Positions 1 through 12,595 of a DNA stretch of 64,000 nt are shown here, in pieces. The position numbers were made by a program, and so were the translations under genes. Within the stretch, counting starts at the first letter, position 1. Every line of letters begins with the position of its first letter. Origin of the DNA: Anthoceros angustus (Eukaryota; Plantae; Anthocerotophyta); assembly GCA_010909165.1 (NCBI GenBank), contig VJWM01000019.1, positions 744,001 to 808,000 on the forward strand, read 5' to 3'. A model generated the notes under the pieces. That model was not told the DNA's origin and did not search any database. It worked only from the letters and a program-made list of their open reading frames with translations.

Positions 1-2769
1 GAGAGCAGCCCACATTTGTGCCCAATGGTTTGAGATAGGATAATGCGCGTACGGTGTTATGCGATGTGGGCTCCTTAGATATTGGAGGCCCTGATAAACA
101 ACAATTTCCACCGTTTGGTATTTGATGGAGCAGGCGAGTCGCATGGAATTCCCAAGTGGGTGGCAGCACTCTGGTACAGATATGCGGGTGCATGGGAGAC
201 ATGAGAATATTATATTACCGGAGCGCACGTACACATCCCAATGAAGAGTTGTTTTTATGACTATTCCCCAGCAGTGAAGGCGGAGCAAGAATGTCTTCCA
301 GTAGGCATGGCAGACACGGTTGGTTAGCGGCAGCAGCCCGACAACGGCTCCCAACAGTGGGTCGCCTAGGCACGTCGAATGTCGTCGTCTTCTTGCAGAT
401 TCCAGCAGTTATTCAATCAGTTATCACATTGCACAAACGGCTGGCGCAGGTTTCATGAGACACGCACTGGAGTAGGCTGGCTAGCTGGCCGGCTGGCTAT
501 CATGTGCGCTGCGTGCAACACTGCCCTCGGGCTACAGACTCCCGCCTCCGTCCTCAATCCCGAGCTGGCAGATTATACGTACTCCACATCCATATGTACA
601 TTCACCTTAGAGTACAGTGTATGTACATAGCAGAGTCGCGCCCTGGGCCCTGGCGCCAGTGGGAGTTGGAACTTGAAACCGCAAGTAGACATTTATGGAC
701 AGGAATCTGGGAGTACTTCGTCAACCCGCCGGCCATGTGATCGTCGTGCTGGGTACATCCGATAAAGCAAGTTACCGTATGGGAAGGAAGGGCCATGGGA
801 TCATGGGTTTGTTTAGAGTCAGCACTGTTGGATCATCAGGTGCCTTGCACTTCCCTACTTGCCGTGATCAGTCCCTGCCGTGAGGCCCAAGGTATCCCAG
901 CCCAATCTCCAGGAACTTCTTGCATGCACTATCGACAACCTCCACTATGGACTCATCAGAGCCTGGCAGCAGGCAGGGGCAGGCAGGCACGCAGGCAGGC
1001 AGGGAGGCAGGCAGGCAGGCAGGCAAGCCGGCGGGCAATGGGCATCAAGAGAGAGACCCATAGTGTTATCATGGCACACCCAGCACCGTCGATGATGGAA
1101 AGCCAACAACCAACAAGCCGGGGCCGGGGCCGGGCCCGGTACTGTTTTGCCGACAATCAATGTACAGGGCTCGTCCAAGGACCCCAGTTTATGGTATCTA
1201 ATGGAGTGAAGGACGCGGTACGAGCACACGCCCCGGGGAAGTGTGGAGTGTGACCGCATGCGTGCGGCGGGGCCGGCTCGGCTTCCTCCGACTCAGGGAC
1301 GGCAATGACATTCGCAACTGAACAGTTACACAAAGTGCATGCGGCATGCGGCACGCCCAGTTTGGAGGATGCCCAAGGCCCTAGTGCCCGACGCCTGGGG
1401 TGGATGATGGATCAACTGTGGATGCCCCTCCTGGGCCTGGCCTGCCCTGGCCTGTGCAGCTGTGCTCTCTGTCTGTCGGTGCCGCCTGTTCCGTTCCCAC
1501 GTTCGCTTTGGCCGCATTCGGAGACCTCCCCAATACACCGCCTGGAGGCTGGCTGTGGGTGACGACGGAATGCAACAGGCGGTACGACACAAGAGTGCGC
1601 GCGAAAGCGAGGGGCGCGCGCGCCGGGCACGAGCCGGGATACGGATCCCTGATCCTTCCGCCCGCCCGTCGACGTCGCCGCTGCTCCGTCCGCTCCGCTA
1701 CCGGTCCCCGTCCCCGTCCCCGTCCCGCTGTGGGCCAGTCCCCCGCCTCCGCCTCCGCCCACGCCCCCGCCCCCGCCCCCGCCGCGGGGTCGTGGAAGCT
1801 GCCTACCAGTTGCCCGCACCGTGCACCGTGCTCTGGTCGCCATCGCTCCACGGCGACCCACCTGTCCCCGCTGACGCGGAAAAGCTCATTTCCATCTCCT
1901 TCTCTTTTAGCCTCCAACTTGTGTATCATTTTGTCCGAAGCGAAGGTTTTTGTCAATCATTCCTCACGTTTCAGCCGCATTAAGGCTTTCTGTTTTGGGA
2001 CGATAAACCCTCCCGCATTGCCAGCACACGGATAGAGCATACAAATCCAGAGCTTATTATTGGTTCATTTATGGGAGTGGCTAACTCTTTCTGCCTTGCA
2101 CTTGAAAAGCGGAAAAGTATATGTACATACTGTATGTGGAAGTGCCCTACTTTGGCCCGATAACTGCGGACCGGGCCTGGCCCAATTTCTTCCTGCTCGC
2201 GAGGTACATATCTCTGTCCACGGCCATTGCACAAGTAATGGCAAGCTACCTGGGCAGTCAGTGCATGTGTATGTATGTACACAATTTCAGTTGGCCATGT
2301 GATTATTGTAGGAATGTATTCCTTCCTTGGACCATTATTCCGCACTCCTCTTGATTGTCCTTTTGATTTCACATAATGCTTTTATGAAAAATGCTTGTAT
2401 TCTTATTATTATATCAATATGAACAGTTTCACTCTAAAAGTAGATAATTTTAAGAAAAGAAAAAATTAAAATATAAATAATTAAGATATTTAGTATAATT
2501 TTTTAAAACAGTATTAAAATTTTAATTGTAAATAGAATATTTATATATTAAAAACCTCTAAAATGTAAGAATTAAAATCATTCCTGAATATATTGTTTTA
2601 GGGGCCACCTTGCTCTAGGGTTAATCACAAAGGCTAGTGGGTTTGGGCCTAGTATGCAATGTAACACAAGGGTTAGACCTCACACTCTTCTGGAGGGCTA
2701 TAGGTATGACTCAATGCTTCCCACTCGTGTATTCAATGGACACACAGGAGCTGTCAAATACTGCTGACA

Positions 2770-3290
2770 CTCTTTTGGATTGCTGCTCTTGTCGACCAGC
2801 TCAGAGTACCTATCCTAGACGATATTGGGCGAAACTGCGTGTCTCCCAAACATGAGATAATAGGGACTAAAGTTTCCCAAAGCTGCTTGCATGCTGATAT
2901 GATAGCCCAGTATGATGTATGGGAGCAACTCATCCTAGCAACTCATATCCACCTCCATGTAGTACTTGTGAAAGGCATCTTCGAAAGTCTGTACTAACCT
3001 CTCGACCAACCAGCAACCTAAGGGTGGTCATGTGACGTCCTTCAATGATCTGTTAGACTCATGTCCAACAAAGCTAAGCACCTTTGCACAGCTTCCTTAC
3101 TTTGCGCCTCCAAACTGCAAATTTCAAATTGGACCGGCGCTCCACTCAAAACCACAATCTTTCCGGGTAAATGGCCATTGCTGCGAATTTCCCTCTTTGT
3201 CTTCTTGCACAGGCGTCTGCTCGTTCGTTCAACCAGACCTTAGCACTACCATACCGAGTCAGCAGACCTATGCAAATTCTCGGCTCTCCT
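2770..3290 (-). mobile_element. Decayed Ty3/gypsy integrase fragment plus adjacent repeat sequence
   Basis: Minus-strand translation VERLVQTFEDAFHKYYMEVDMSC*DELLPYIILGYHISMQAALGNFSPYYLMFGRHAVSPNIV matches the integrase at 52297-52880 (AERLVQTFKDALRKYCTEVEPNCWDELL...VQAALGNFSPYYIMFGRNAVLPNIV). Contains stops and a deletion. Confidence 0.75.
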
Positions 3291-3669
3291 AAGAAGACTC
3301 ATTGATGTTTGTCGATTGGTTATGTTTGCTAGACTTCCCCACGCATTTGTCAAACGAGACAATATTATTATGGAATGTCTTCCCTTTCACAGCCAAGTCG
3401 ATGTGACATACTACTACCAAGCCACATTCCGTGCACACACTGTCTCCGAATGGTTTAGGATTTTTGTATATGTAGGTCACCTTTTTACAATTTCGACAAT
3501 AGTGTCTATATATGTGTTCTCCGAGTCCTTTTATGTGCCCTTCAGGTCCATCTATGTGTACTGCGGATCCATCTATGTGCTTTTTGAGTCCATCCATGTG
3601 CTCTTCAAGTTCATCTGTGTGCTCTTCGGGAACATTTAAATTTAATGTTGATGACTGCAAGTCGTCCAT
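3289..3669 (-). pseudogene. TFIIB: Truncated TFIIB-like gene: 7-aa repeats, then Zn ribbon and degenerate B-reader, no cyclin folds
   Basis: YCRNCKKVTYIYKNPKPFGDSVCTECGLVVVCHIDLAVKGKTFHNN resembles the plant TFIIB N-terminus (YC..CKK...GD..C.ECGLVLE.H.ID...EWRTF.N). The ORF stops right after this region. Confidence 0.65.
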
Positions 3670-4150
3670 GATTTTATTTTTAGAGATCTAATCTTAGTTA
3701 TTTAAAGCACCTGAATTACTGATGTAAAACAGATAACGTTAGAAACATCAACTTTTTATTGTGTCAATGGTTAATTGAATAAACACAAATTTAAGTATAA
3801 GCTCAAAGCAAGTTACAAATTATACTAGACATGTATAGCATTATAAGTTTAAGATACCTCTTTACTTCACAATAATGTGTTCTTCCACTAGAAGAGGATA
3901 AAGCAAAAAATGCTCTAAAAGCCTTTATACATAGATAACAAGAAGAATAATAAAAATACACATACCACATTCATAAATATAAAAGTTGGCTTATTTTTGT
4001 AGTGGGCAGCTACACCATATTCGAGAAGAATCATAAAACTTACAAGCACATTCATAAATCCAAAAGATCACTCCTTTATAAAGTGAATCGTATGGGTTAT
4101 TTACATTTCTAAGTTGGCTTAGCCCACACTCGTTTGAAGATGGAAATTCT

Positions 4151-4405
4151 TTTATGGTAAATGGTTTGATGGTAAATACTTTGATAGTAAAGGCTTTAAT
4201 GGTAAATGCTTTGATGGTAAATACTTTGATGGTAAATGCTTTGATGGTAAATGCTTTGATGATAAATACTTTGATGGTAAATGCTTTTATGGTAAATGCT
4301 TTTATAGTAAATGCTTTTATGGTAAATATTTTTATGATAAATAATTTTATGGTAAATAATTTTATATAAACTATTTTATGGTAAATTCTTTTATGGTAAA
4401 TGCCT
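4151..4405. repeat. 15-bp tandem array (consensus ATGGTAAATGCTTTG), about 16-17 units
   Basis: Directly visible periodicity; gives the MVNAL/IKAFT repeat ORFs. Confidence 0.92.
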
Positions 4406-4428
4406 TTACAAGAAATTGTGTGAACGCA

Positions 4429-5160
4429 TGTGAGATTGAGCCAGGAGTTTGCTCGCTTACTCGATTTCAAGCACTTTCTGATTATCTATAGGCGAGGTGT
4501 GAGATTGAGCCAGGAGTTTGCTCGCTTACTCGATTTCAAGCACTTTCCGATTATCTATAGGCGAGGTGTGAGATTGAGCCAGAGTTTGCTCGCACTCGAT
4601 TTCAAGCACTTTCGATTATCTATAGGCGAGGTGTGAGATTGAGCCAGGAGTTTGCTCGCTTACTCGATTTCAAGCACTTTTTGATTATCTATAGGCCAGG
4701 TGTGAGATTGAGCCAGGAGTTTGCTCGCTTACTCGATTTCAAGCACTTTCTGATTATCTATAGGCGAGGTGTGAGATTGAGCCAGGAGTTTGCTCGCTTA
4801 CTCGATTTCAAGCACTTTCTGATTATCTATAGGCCGGTGTGAGATTGAGCCAGAGTTTGCTCGCACTCGATTTCAAGCACTTCGATTATCTATAGGCGAG
4901 GTGAGATTGAGCCAGGAGTTTGCTCGCCACTCGATTTCAAGCACTTCGATTATCTATAGGCGAGATTGAGCCGGAGTTTGCTCGCCACTCGATTTCAAGC
5001 ACTTTCGATTATCTATAGGCGAGGTGTGAGATTGAGCCGTGAGTTTGCTCGCCACTCGATTTCAAGCACTCTCTGATTATCTATAGGCGAGGTGTGAGAT
5101 TGAGCCAGGAGTTTGCTCGCTTACTCGATTTCAAGCACTTTCTGACTATCTATAGGCGAG
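4429..5160. repeat. 69-bp tandem array, 11 copies
   Basis: GAGATTGAG recurs at about 4432, 4501, 4570, 4635, 4704, 4773, 4841, 4903, 4962, 5028 and 5096. Unit GTGTGAGATTGAGCCAGGAGTTTGCTCGCTTACTCGATTTCAAGCACTTTCTGATTATCTATAGGCGAG, with small indels. Confidence 0.95.
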
Positions 5161-6479
5161 GAGCGTAGGAATAGGAGGTGATGGGGCCAATTTAAATTTG
5201 TGTGGAGGGCATTGCCCTCATCTAGTTGTGAGGGATAGCCCTTGGTGGTATGATGGATGTATAAATGAGTGAGGTTGTTGAGCCCAAGCTAAGTAGAAGG
5301 CCATACACAAGCCCATCTCTATTCATCTAAACGTTTTTTGTGAGCCAAGGTTGACCCTTCCAGACCAATCCCTTGCTTTACAGTTCAAAGTTATGCATTG
5401 TAAACCGTGATGCTGTAAACCTTGGGGAAGGAAGCTGCACCTACATGTGCAACTCGGAGGGACACTTTTTTTGTTGACGAGGATGACGATGACGAGCGCC
5501 TTGCACGTCGCCAAGCCTTGGGCAACAACAAATGGACAGTACCCGCAAGTTGGGGGCGATGTTTGACAACTCAACCAGAAGGCTATGGGAGTCAACAAGA
5601 CGCAAAGCACATGATGGGCGAAGGGGGGATGGCCTCAGAAGGACAGTAAGAATGCAAGGAATCCGAGAATCACCCGAGGCAAGTGCTGTTCAACCCAGCC
5701 AAACTAGCTGCAAGGACGATGGGGCACCGGTGACGCTAGCTAGGAGCAAACCATAGCCAGCTAGTGGAACAAGTTGAGGAGCCTGCTCTGCAAGGTGACT
5801 TTGCAAACTTAACGGTCAACAAGGCTGACACTAGGGGAGAGGAGCAGCCCATGGTGCTATGAAGGAACTTGATGCTCCAAAACCTACTAAGGGTCTTGAA
5901 GACAATACAGCCGTGAGATACCCAATTGCTATTATGGTTAGTGGTTGCCTGCAAGGAACCCTAGAACATTTGTGCCGCCGGGCCTTAATGATGCAAATGA
6001 CAAATATGCCATGAATTTAAAATAGTTTGACACTTGTATATTACGGTAATATGAAGATATATGTGTCGGTACCCGTACTGCCTCATAGTATATTTTGAAC
6101 TCCTGTATCGAGCCATATGTAATTATGTATAATATGTACGTAGTATTTTGAAGCTGTATGTACTCACGTTATATAGTGGTATTTGTAAAATGCGCAGTAT
6201 AAATTTTGTAAAGCCCGTGAGAATACGTAGTGGTCATGCTTACGATGTAAATGCCACATGGCAAGTTAACACATATCGGGGGAGGGGCGTCACCAAGGGT
6301 AGTGGAAAGCCCGGCAACTCCTAGGGTTCAAAATGAAATGCACATGTATCCAACTCATGCATGCAGACAATGCGACGCATGTGCAAATATAAGGTCAACA
6401 CATGTCCATATCTCTGTCCGAGATTGTCAGTCTCCAAGTCAGAAACCCTAACAAACCCAGGTTACCAAGCCTACTACCT

Positions 6480-6652
6480 GGCTGAGAACCGTAATAAGAT
6501 TTGGTTGTCACATTCTTCATGTTACAGGATTTATTACAATTCTTAGGTCTGGGAGCCTAGATGCCTCTTGTAACAAAGCCATCAATTTCGTTACAAAAAG
6601 GCCCATATTTGTAATACTTCAGCATTACAAACCCACGTTGTTCCTAGTAGTG
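6480..6652 (+). mobile_element. CACTA-type 3' terminus with subterminal TTACAA/TTGTAA repeats
   Basis: TTCCTAGTAGTG at 6641-6652 is the reverse complement of the first 12 nt of the CACTACTAGGAA ends at 41742 and 49321. No paired 5' end found. Confidence 0.45.
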
Positions 6653-7259
6653 TTGGTATGTGTTATATGGGGAGTGGCAGGTTCCCTCCACATGTTTTTG
6701 CTCAAGGAGTGGTTTACCCAATTTCACAAGATGAAGACAGGCAAGCATATTGTGGGATGAACGAGGCAGTTTTACCGCCTCACTAACATGCTTTGTGTGG
6801 AATATGTTCCATGGATCATTGAGTCTACTCAGGCTTTCTACACTTTGCGGGCTGTTGCCTAGGATCACAGATGGGCTGTTGCCATTTATCCGCCTTGCCA
6901 CATTGATGAGGTCATTGTGCATGACAGTGACCCCAGTACAGACATTTATCTTCAATCGGGAGCATCCTTCGAGGTCAAAGCCGGGGCCATGTCTGAAGAC
7001 GAGGAAGATGATCTCCAACCTCCTCCCCCGCCAATTTATGCGACCAGCATTCTTAAGCGATTTATTACTGGTTGGTTCTGTAATTGGTCACTTGGTGCCA
7101 AAGCTGGTTCTCTGTTTGGTTTCGTTCACCAGATTTTGCAGGTGGGCTATTTAAGGGTTTAGGGTTTTACTTAGTTTGCTTTTCTATTTTCCATGGATAT
7201 TAGGATGATAAAGCCATTTTTGGGCTTTTTGACCTGGACGTCTTGGAATGAACCTATCT

Positions 7260-7795
7260 TCCTTCGCTCAAGCTCAACAGCCTCGCTCATTTATACATCC
7301 ATCATATCACCAAGGGCCATCCTTCATGGCTATATGAGGGCAATGCCCTCCATACAAATCTCAATTGGCCCGTATCGCCTGCTATTCCTACACTCCTCGC
7401 CTATAGATAGTGCACAAAGTGCTTGAAATCGAGTAAGCGGGCAAATCCCTAGCTCAATCACACTCGCGTTCACACAATGTATAAAGTTGTACATATACGA
7501 GTTTTCTTCGAAAAGCCAAGAATTCGCATAGGTCTACTGATTATGTATGGTAGTGCTGAGGTCTGGTTGGACGAAAGAGGAGACATCTGTGTAGGAACCC
7601 AGAGAGGCAAATTCGCAGTAGTGGCCATCTACCTGGAAAGATTGCGGCTTTAAGTGGACTTTGCAATTTGGAGATGCAAAGTAAGGAAGCTGTGCAGAGG
7701 TCCTCACGGACCAGGGAAATAAGGTCAGGGGCAATTTCTAGGCTTTGTTGGACAAAAGTCTAATAGATCACAGAAGATCATGCTCCCACTATCAC
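7260..7795 (+). repeat. Inverted-orientation homologue of 3040-3300 and 4405-5290, ending in a gypsy integrase remnant
   Basis: The reverse complement aligns with both left-hand blocks and contains one 69-bp unit. 7686-7795 translates as GSCAEVLTDQGNKVRGNF*ALLDKSLIDHRR, versus GSCAEVLTDQGNEFRGEFQALLDRSLIDHRR at ~52.8 kb. Confidence 0.8.
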
Positions 7796-8130
7796 GGACG
7801 CTCCATCACTCACAAGTTTAAAGCCACGAGTTTTGAAGATGTTGAGGTCAAAATCAATTAATTGCTCTAGCACTGCTTGAAAGATATTACCATCCGCACA
7901 CGCATTAGTCATGTTGGCCAACTTCAAGTTTAGTGTCATGCGCAAGGGGAATGGGATCCATCGGCAAAAAAACCAGTTCAAATTCATTGCACCTTGGTTA
8001 CAACCCTTGTATATGTGTAAGGAGGCTTTGGTTTTTGCATCCACATGGTACTAAGGCGAGGTTACTATGTGGTGGAATGTCATCGCCATTGATCATGACT
8101 TGCGATGCTTGGAGTTGAAAGGGTAGAAGG
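7778..8130 (-). mobile_element. hAT (ZNF862-like) transposase remnant
   Basis: ANMTNACADGNIFQAVLEQLIDFDL...GFKLVSDGASVIVG resembles the hAT catalytic-region motif (a..i...i...L....l.kl.gf.sDGAsvm.G). Fragmentary. Confidence 0.5.
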
Positions 8131-8814
8131 ACATGTGGCATAGTTGAATGTAGGGGAGGAGCTCACTGCAAAACCTTGGCCTTAGTACTACTGTTCCTCT
8201 TGCATGCTAAGCCGGCAATCTAAGATGGCAAGGTCTGCCCGTGCCTTGAACCGGATAGTGTGCAAGTTCAAACATGTATTTCAGTCGTTCCAAGCTATAT
8301 ATGTAATCGGGTGTCCAAAAGCATGCAAAACAAAAGGGATGGGCAAAGCATGCAGACGGGCCTGTAGCCTGTACATGGGGAAAGTAAAGCACAGCGTGTG
8401 CCGAGAGTGGTGAGTGGCGGAGTGGGGGCGCGTTTGGAGTGGATGATAAAATAGGATGAGGATGGGCATTGGCGGGTGGTGACGGCCGCTTGCCATTGGG
8501 TGCAAAATTGGAATGCATGTCTGGCGGTGAAGTCACAAAATCTAGTGCAATCTGTGGTCCGATACGAGCGCGGGCGATAACGTGGCGGAGGCTGTAGGGT
8601 GTGGGCTGTGCAGGGTTGCGACGAGCCAGCCTGCTGCCTGGCGCTGGCGATTCGATTTTGCACAGGTGCCTCCGCACCGCGCACAGTGCACTCCGGATCC
8701 GCAGCCGAGTTTCTATAATTAGGCCTGGGAGGCACGTCGAGGTGTGCGCTGCCAGCATTATGATGGCGGCAACGGCACATGCAAGCCAATGATGGAAGAG
8801 CAGGAGCAGCTCCT

Positions 8815-9830
8815 GCCCTTTCCTTTCCTTTCCTTTCCTTCCCTCGCCATGTACATATGTACATATGTATGGCATGTCCCATAATTGCACCATATGAAGA
8901 TGTGTAGAAACAGGAGGGCAGCGCGGAGCGCTGGCGGTGTGGGCCCTGCTGCCTTTGTGCGTAATGCGCAAAAGAGTGGCGCCTTGGTGCATTGAATGGG
9001 CTGGCCCCGACAGCAACAGGATTGCGGTGTGGCCAGTTGGTGGCCGTCCGATGGGCTCGCCCCGGCGGGCGCGTTGGCCACTTGTGCGCCGTCCGATGCC
9101 CTGGCTGGGGCGGGGCCCTCGGGAATAGCCGCTGTCAGCGAGAGATCCGCGGCCCGCACACGCACGCGCACACGCACACGCCAAGCGGATTATGATATGA
9201 AAGGGGCCCCGGGCCTTTTTACGGTGGACGGGAGATATTTAGGGGGGCCCGGCGTTTGCGTTTGCGTTTGCGTCCGACCTCCGAGGCTCCGACCTCCGGC
9301 CTCCGGCCTCCGGCAACCCGCCTCCGCCTCTTGCCTGTTTGGCCGGAGGGACGTCGTTTGACCGGGAAAGGGAAGGGGAGCCAGCGCGGGGGAGCGGCTG
9401 GAATGCCGGGCGACCGACATGGAGCTCCGCCCGCGGTGCGATGGTCGGGACGCTCCCACGGCGCCGATGTGCGCTACGTCGCCGCCGACGTGGAGCTGTG
9501 CCGCGGCGAGGGCATGGAAGGCGTGGGGCGGGCCCCGCGCGCTCTGCCCGGCCCCGGCCCCGGCCCCCGCCCCGGCCCCGGCTTGAAGATAAGGCAACGG
9601 CCGGGTGAGGGTGGGGGTGCACGTGACGGGAGGCACGTTCACGTGCCCGGCGCTCCCACGTCCACCACGTGACGCCACTGCGGACTGCGGACTGCGGACT
9701 GCAAACTGCAAACTGCGGACTGTCGCCACCACGGCACCCTCGCGCACCGCCACACTCGTCACCGTCGCACTGACCATCTCGCTCCCGCGGCCCCGCCCGC
9801 CCGCGTCCCGTCCGTCTCGTCCCGGCCGTG
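8815..9830. repeat. GC-rich low-complexity region with short 4-7 bp microsatellites (CCTTT, GCGTTT, GGCCTCC, CCCCGG, TGCGGAC)
   Basis: Visible short tandem runs. The long ORFs here are stop-poor artefacts of composition. Confidence 0.8.
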
Positions 9831-10396
9831 TGGCGGGTAGGAAGCGGTAGGTGACATGATTCTATCACACGCTGCGCTGGCACGTGGCCCGTGGGTGGGT
9901 GCTCGAGTGATGGCCTGTTCACATCGGAACCGGACATGCTGCGTAGACTCGCCGTAAAGATCGGGCGAACCCCGTCTTTTTCGGTTTCTTTAACCAAACG
10001 ATAAGGTCGATACTGCGCAGCAAGGCGCAGGACCGGGCCGTGGTCACGCAGGGCTGAGCTGTGGTCCCATGACCCGTGATGTTATGGTACTAATATTATA
10101 TTACAAAAATAGCATCGTGAGGATAAAAGAGGCTCGTCTTCTCATTTTCAACTTCATTGTCTGTTGTGTGGCTTGTTGTGTTTTCGATTCCGCTCCTTGG
10201 TCTTGTGGCCTGGCCTTGTGTGTCTTGTCCTTTGTTTGCTTGGGGTCATGGATCCCATGTTATTTAATATTTTATTTGGTTTTTCATGAAATCTTATGTA
10301 GAATGCACGGATCTACCTATGGTTTTAGCTCACAGTTGGATGATAGTGGGATGAGTAATGATGGATGTTTTGTTATTCCTTTAATACTTTCATTGG

Positions 10397-11360
10397 TTGG
10401 AGCGTACTTCTTTCATTGGGATATTGAGCAGCAGTCTTCAACGAGATTTTGGTGGAAGTTTCGCAAAATACAACTTGGAGTTCTTTACACATGCTTGCTT
10501 GGCACCGATGGGGCAAGAACAGTTGGATGCACAATGGAGGAAGGAGTGCAGGATGGCCTACTCAACTTTCAAGCTTTTGGTGGAAGAATTACGTCCTTAC
10601 ATCCAAAAGAAGTCTATGTGCCACCTTTGCAACTTGAGCTTGGAGTTGCCATGGTCTTGCAGTTAGCTTATGGAGCATCTCCTAAAGTTGTCGCTAACAC
10701 CTATGGAGTTGGACCATCCAGTGTGAGTATACCAAGTTGATTACTAGCATCCTTAGTAATCCAAGGAAGTTGGCTTCAAAGTTCATCAACATGCCAAGTG
10801 GCCAACGACAACTAGCATGTGCGATAAGTTTTTGCACCAGGAGTTCCAAATATGGTGGGCGCAATTGATGGTTCGCACATCAAATTGGCTGCTAAGCCTG
10901 CTAACAAGTATACTCCAGCTGCGTATTGGTCACGTCATGATATGCATAGCGCCATTCTTCAAGGAGTCTATGACTATAATCAAATCTTTTTGGATGTAAG
11001 TTGCATTGCTCCAGGAGGTGTCCATGACTTTGCTCTGTTGCGGAAGAGTAGTGTGTGGGCAAGATTACATCGACATGACATCTTGACGGAGCCAACGATA
11101 TTGGTTGGCAACACTAATGTTCGGCCTTTTATTATTGGTGATAGTGCTTATCCAATCATGCCTTTCCTCATGAAGGCATGTGATACACCATGCGCACCAG
11201 ACAAACGAAGGTTCAATAGGAGTCTGCGCAAAGGAAGGGTGAAAATTGAAAATGCATTTGGGAATTTGAAGAACAGTATGAAAAGACATAAATGTGGCTC
11301 TTCCTTATGTGGGGCAAATCAGTAGCTTGCAGTGTTACATAATTTTGCATCATGCACAAG
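10397..11360 (+). pseudogene. Harbinger transposase (DDE_Tnp_4/HARBI1-like), frameshifted
   Basis: QWRKECRMAYSTFKLLVEELRPYI; VAMVLQLAYG...VANTYGVGPSSVS; VGAIDGSHI; PGGVHD; IIGDSAYP; RVKIENAFGNLK. Spread over several frames. Confidence 0.9.
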
Positions 11361-11661
11361 GAGCGATGTGGCAAATGTCTGGAAAATCCGGACCCTTATC
11401 CCATGCACCATCACCATTTTATTTGGAGAATGCCATGGAGGAGCGGCTTCACGAGTGGGCAACGAACAAAGACAAGCATTGTTGGAGTTTTGGGTGAATA
11501 CAAATTGTTGAGGCAAATTGTGATTGTTATTGTATGTTAGAAAGTATGGGAGGCCATCATGCCCAAAGAAATAATTATCACCTTTAAATCGAAGGTATCA
11601 CAAAACACAAGAAGTCTCATTTACATTAGAAGGGGCCTATGCTGCCCGAATTGAAACGTCG

Positions 11662-12595
11662 CTATTCCTCCCATGCTACATCACCTCTCATCATCGAATG
11701 AGAAGTAGGCTGTTCCGTTTGTTCCAACTTGGGAACGGCAAACAATTCTGCTATCTTCAATCGGATTTCGCTTGCATCTGCGCGTTGTAAATCATGAAGT
11801 ACTCGGGCATGTTCCACACTGCATGAATTCGGTCTTTGTCTCTCCAACTCCGTCGTGAAGCAACTTAGCCTCCTCAATGCACATAACTTTGGGCAAAAGC
11901 TTGCATACCTTCGAAAATCGACTTGCCACGAAGGATAATTTTCTTGTCTTTCTTTTCCCCAGCTCGTTGTGCGGACACCGCAAGCTTTTCGATCCGGGAT
12001 AGAGGGGTATCGTGTCGCTTTCCCATTATCCGGACAAGAATCTGCTGCGAGGACGGAGCGGAGTTGGCATGGTGTCCTTGCCACCAAATTTGGGAGGTTG
12101 CGTATCCTGGTGAAGGTCTTCATCTTCAAGGTTGATAAAATCTGGAGCAATTGGGTCCTCATTCACGGAAGAAGTGCCATCAACCGCAAAGCTCCCAACA
12201 TCAACGGACCCTGGAATGCCACAAAATTTCGGATGTGTGCCCAAGAAGGAGTCCATCTGCTCGAAGAAAGGCCAAGAGCTTGGTGTCCCCCCTGATGTAT
12301 GCTTGACCTTCTCTCTTTCCTGCTTGTATTTCTTCTTCAGTGCCTCTACCTTCTGCTTACATTGCTTCCAACGAACAGTCCAGGTGCAGTACGGAGAAAC
12401 CAAGCTGCAAATTTCATGCCAATGTTTCACCTCTAGATTGCCTTTGTTCACCTGGAAATACTTCTCTTGAAACAAGGCAATCAATCTCTGGGTGCCTTCA
12501 TCTGTCCAAGTCGCCTTTTCCTGACCAACCGGCTGGCTGCAATGTTCAAGGTGCCCGAGAGAAAAATCTGCTATGGAACGCGGCAGGTCTGCCAT
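11662..12595 (-). pseudogene. Harbinger ORF2: Myb/SANT-like trihelix DNA-binding protein with C-terminal coiled coil, split over two frames
   Basis: WTDEGTQRLIALFQEKY...HWHEIC...KQCKQKVEALKKKYKQE...SSWPFFEQMDSFLG. Confidence 0.85.

Noticed and set aside
600-960. Possible decayed DNA transposase (…RPCDR…, …TIDNLHYGLIR…)
   Set aside because: Resemblance too weak and broken by stops to support a call.
3991-4842. ORFs with IKAFT, MVNAL or RLSQEFARLL repeats as proteins
   Set aside because: By-products of 15-bp and 69-bp unit lengths being multiples of three.
4429-5160. 69-bp array as a CRISPR array
   Set aside because: Units are contiguous with no unique spacers, there are no cas genes, and the context is eukaryotic.
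3040-7780. Long inverted repeats as TIRs of a 4.7-kb Mutator/foldback element
   Set aside because: Both arms include gypsy integrase sequence and extend unequally, and no TSD was seen. Better explained as two opposite-orientation relics.
8207-9997. Long overlapping ORFs (up to 325 aa) in the GC-rich region
   Set aside because: Open in several frames on both strands, low complexity, no recognisable domain. The same applies to 1381-2035 and 13194-15400.
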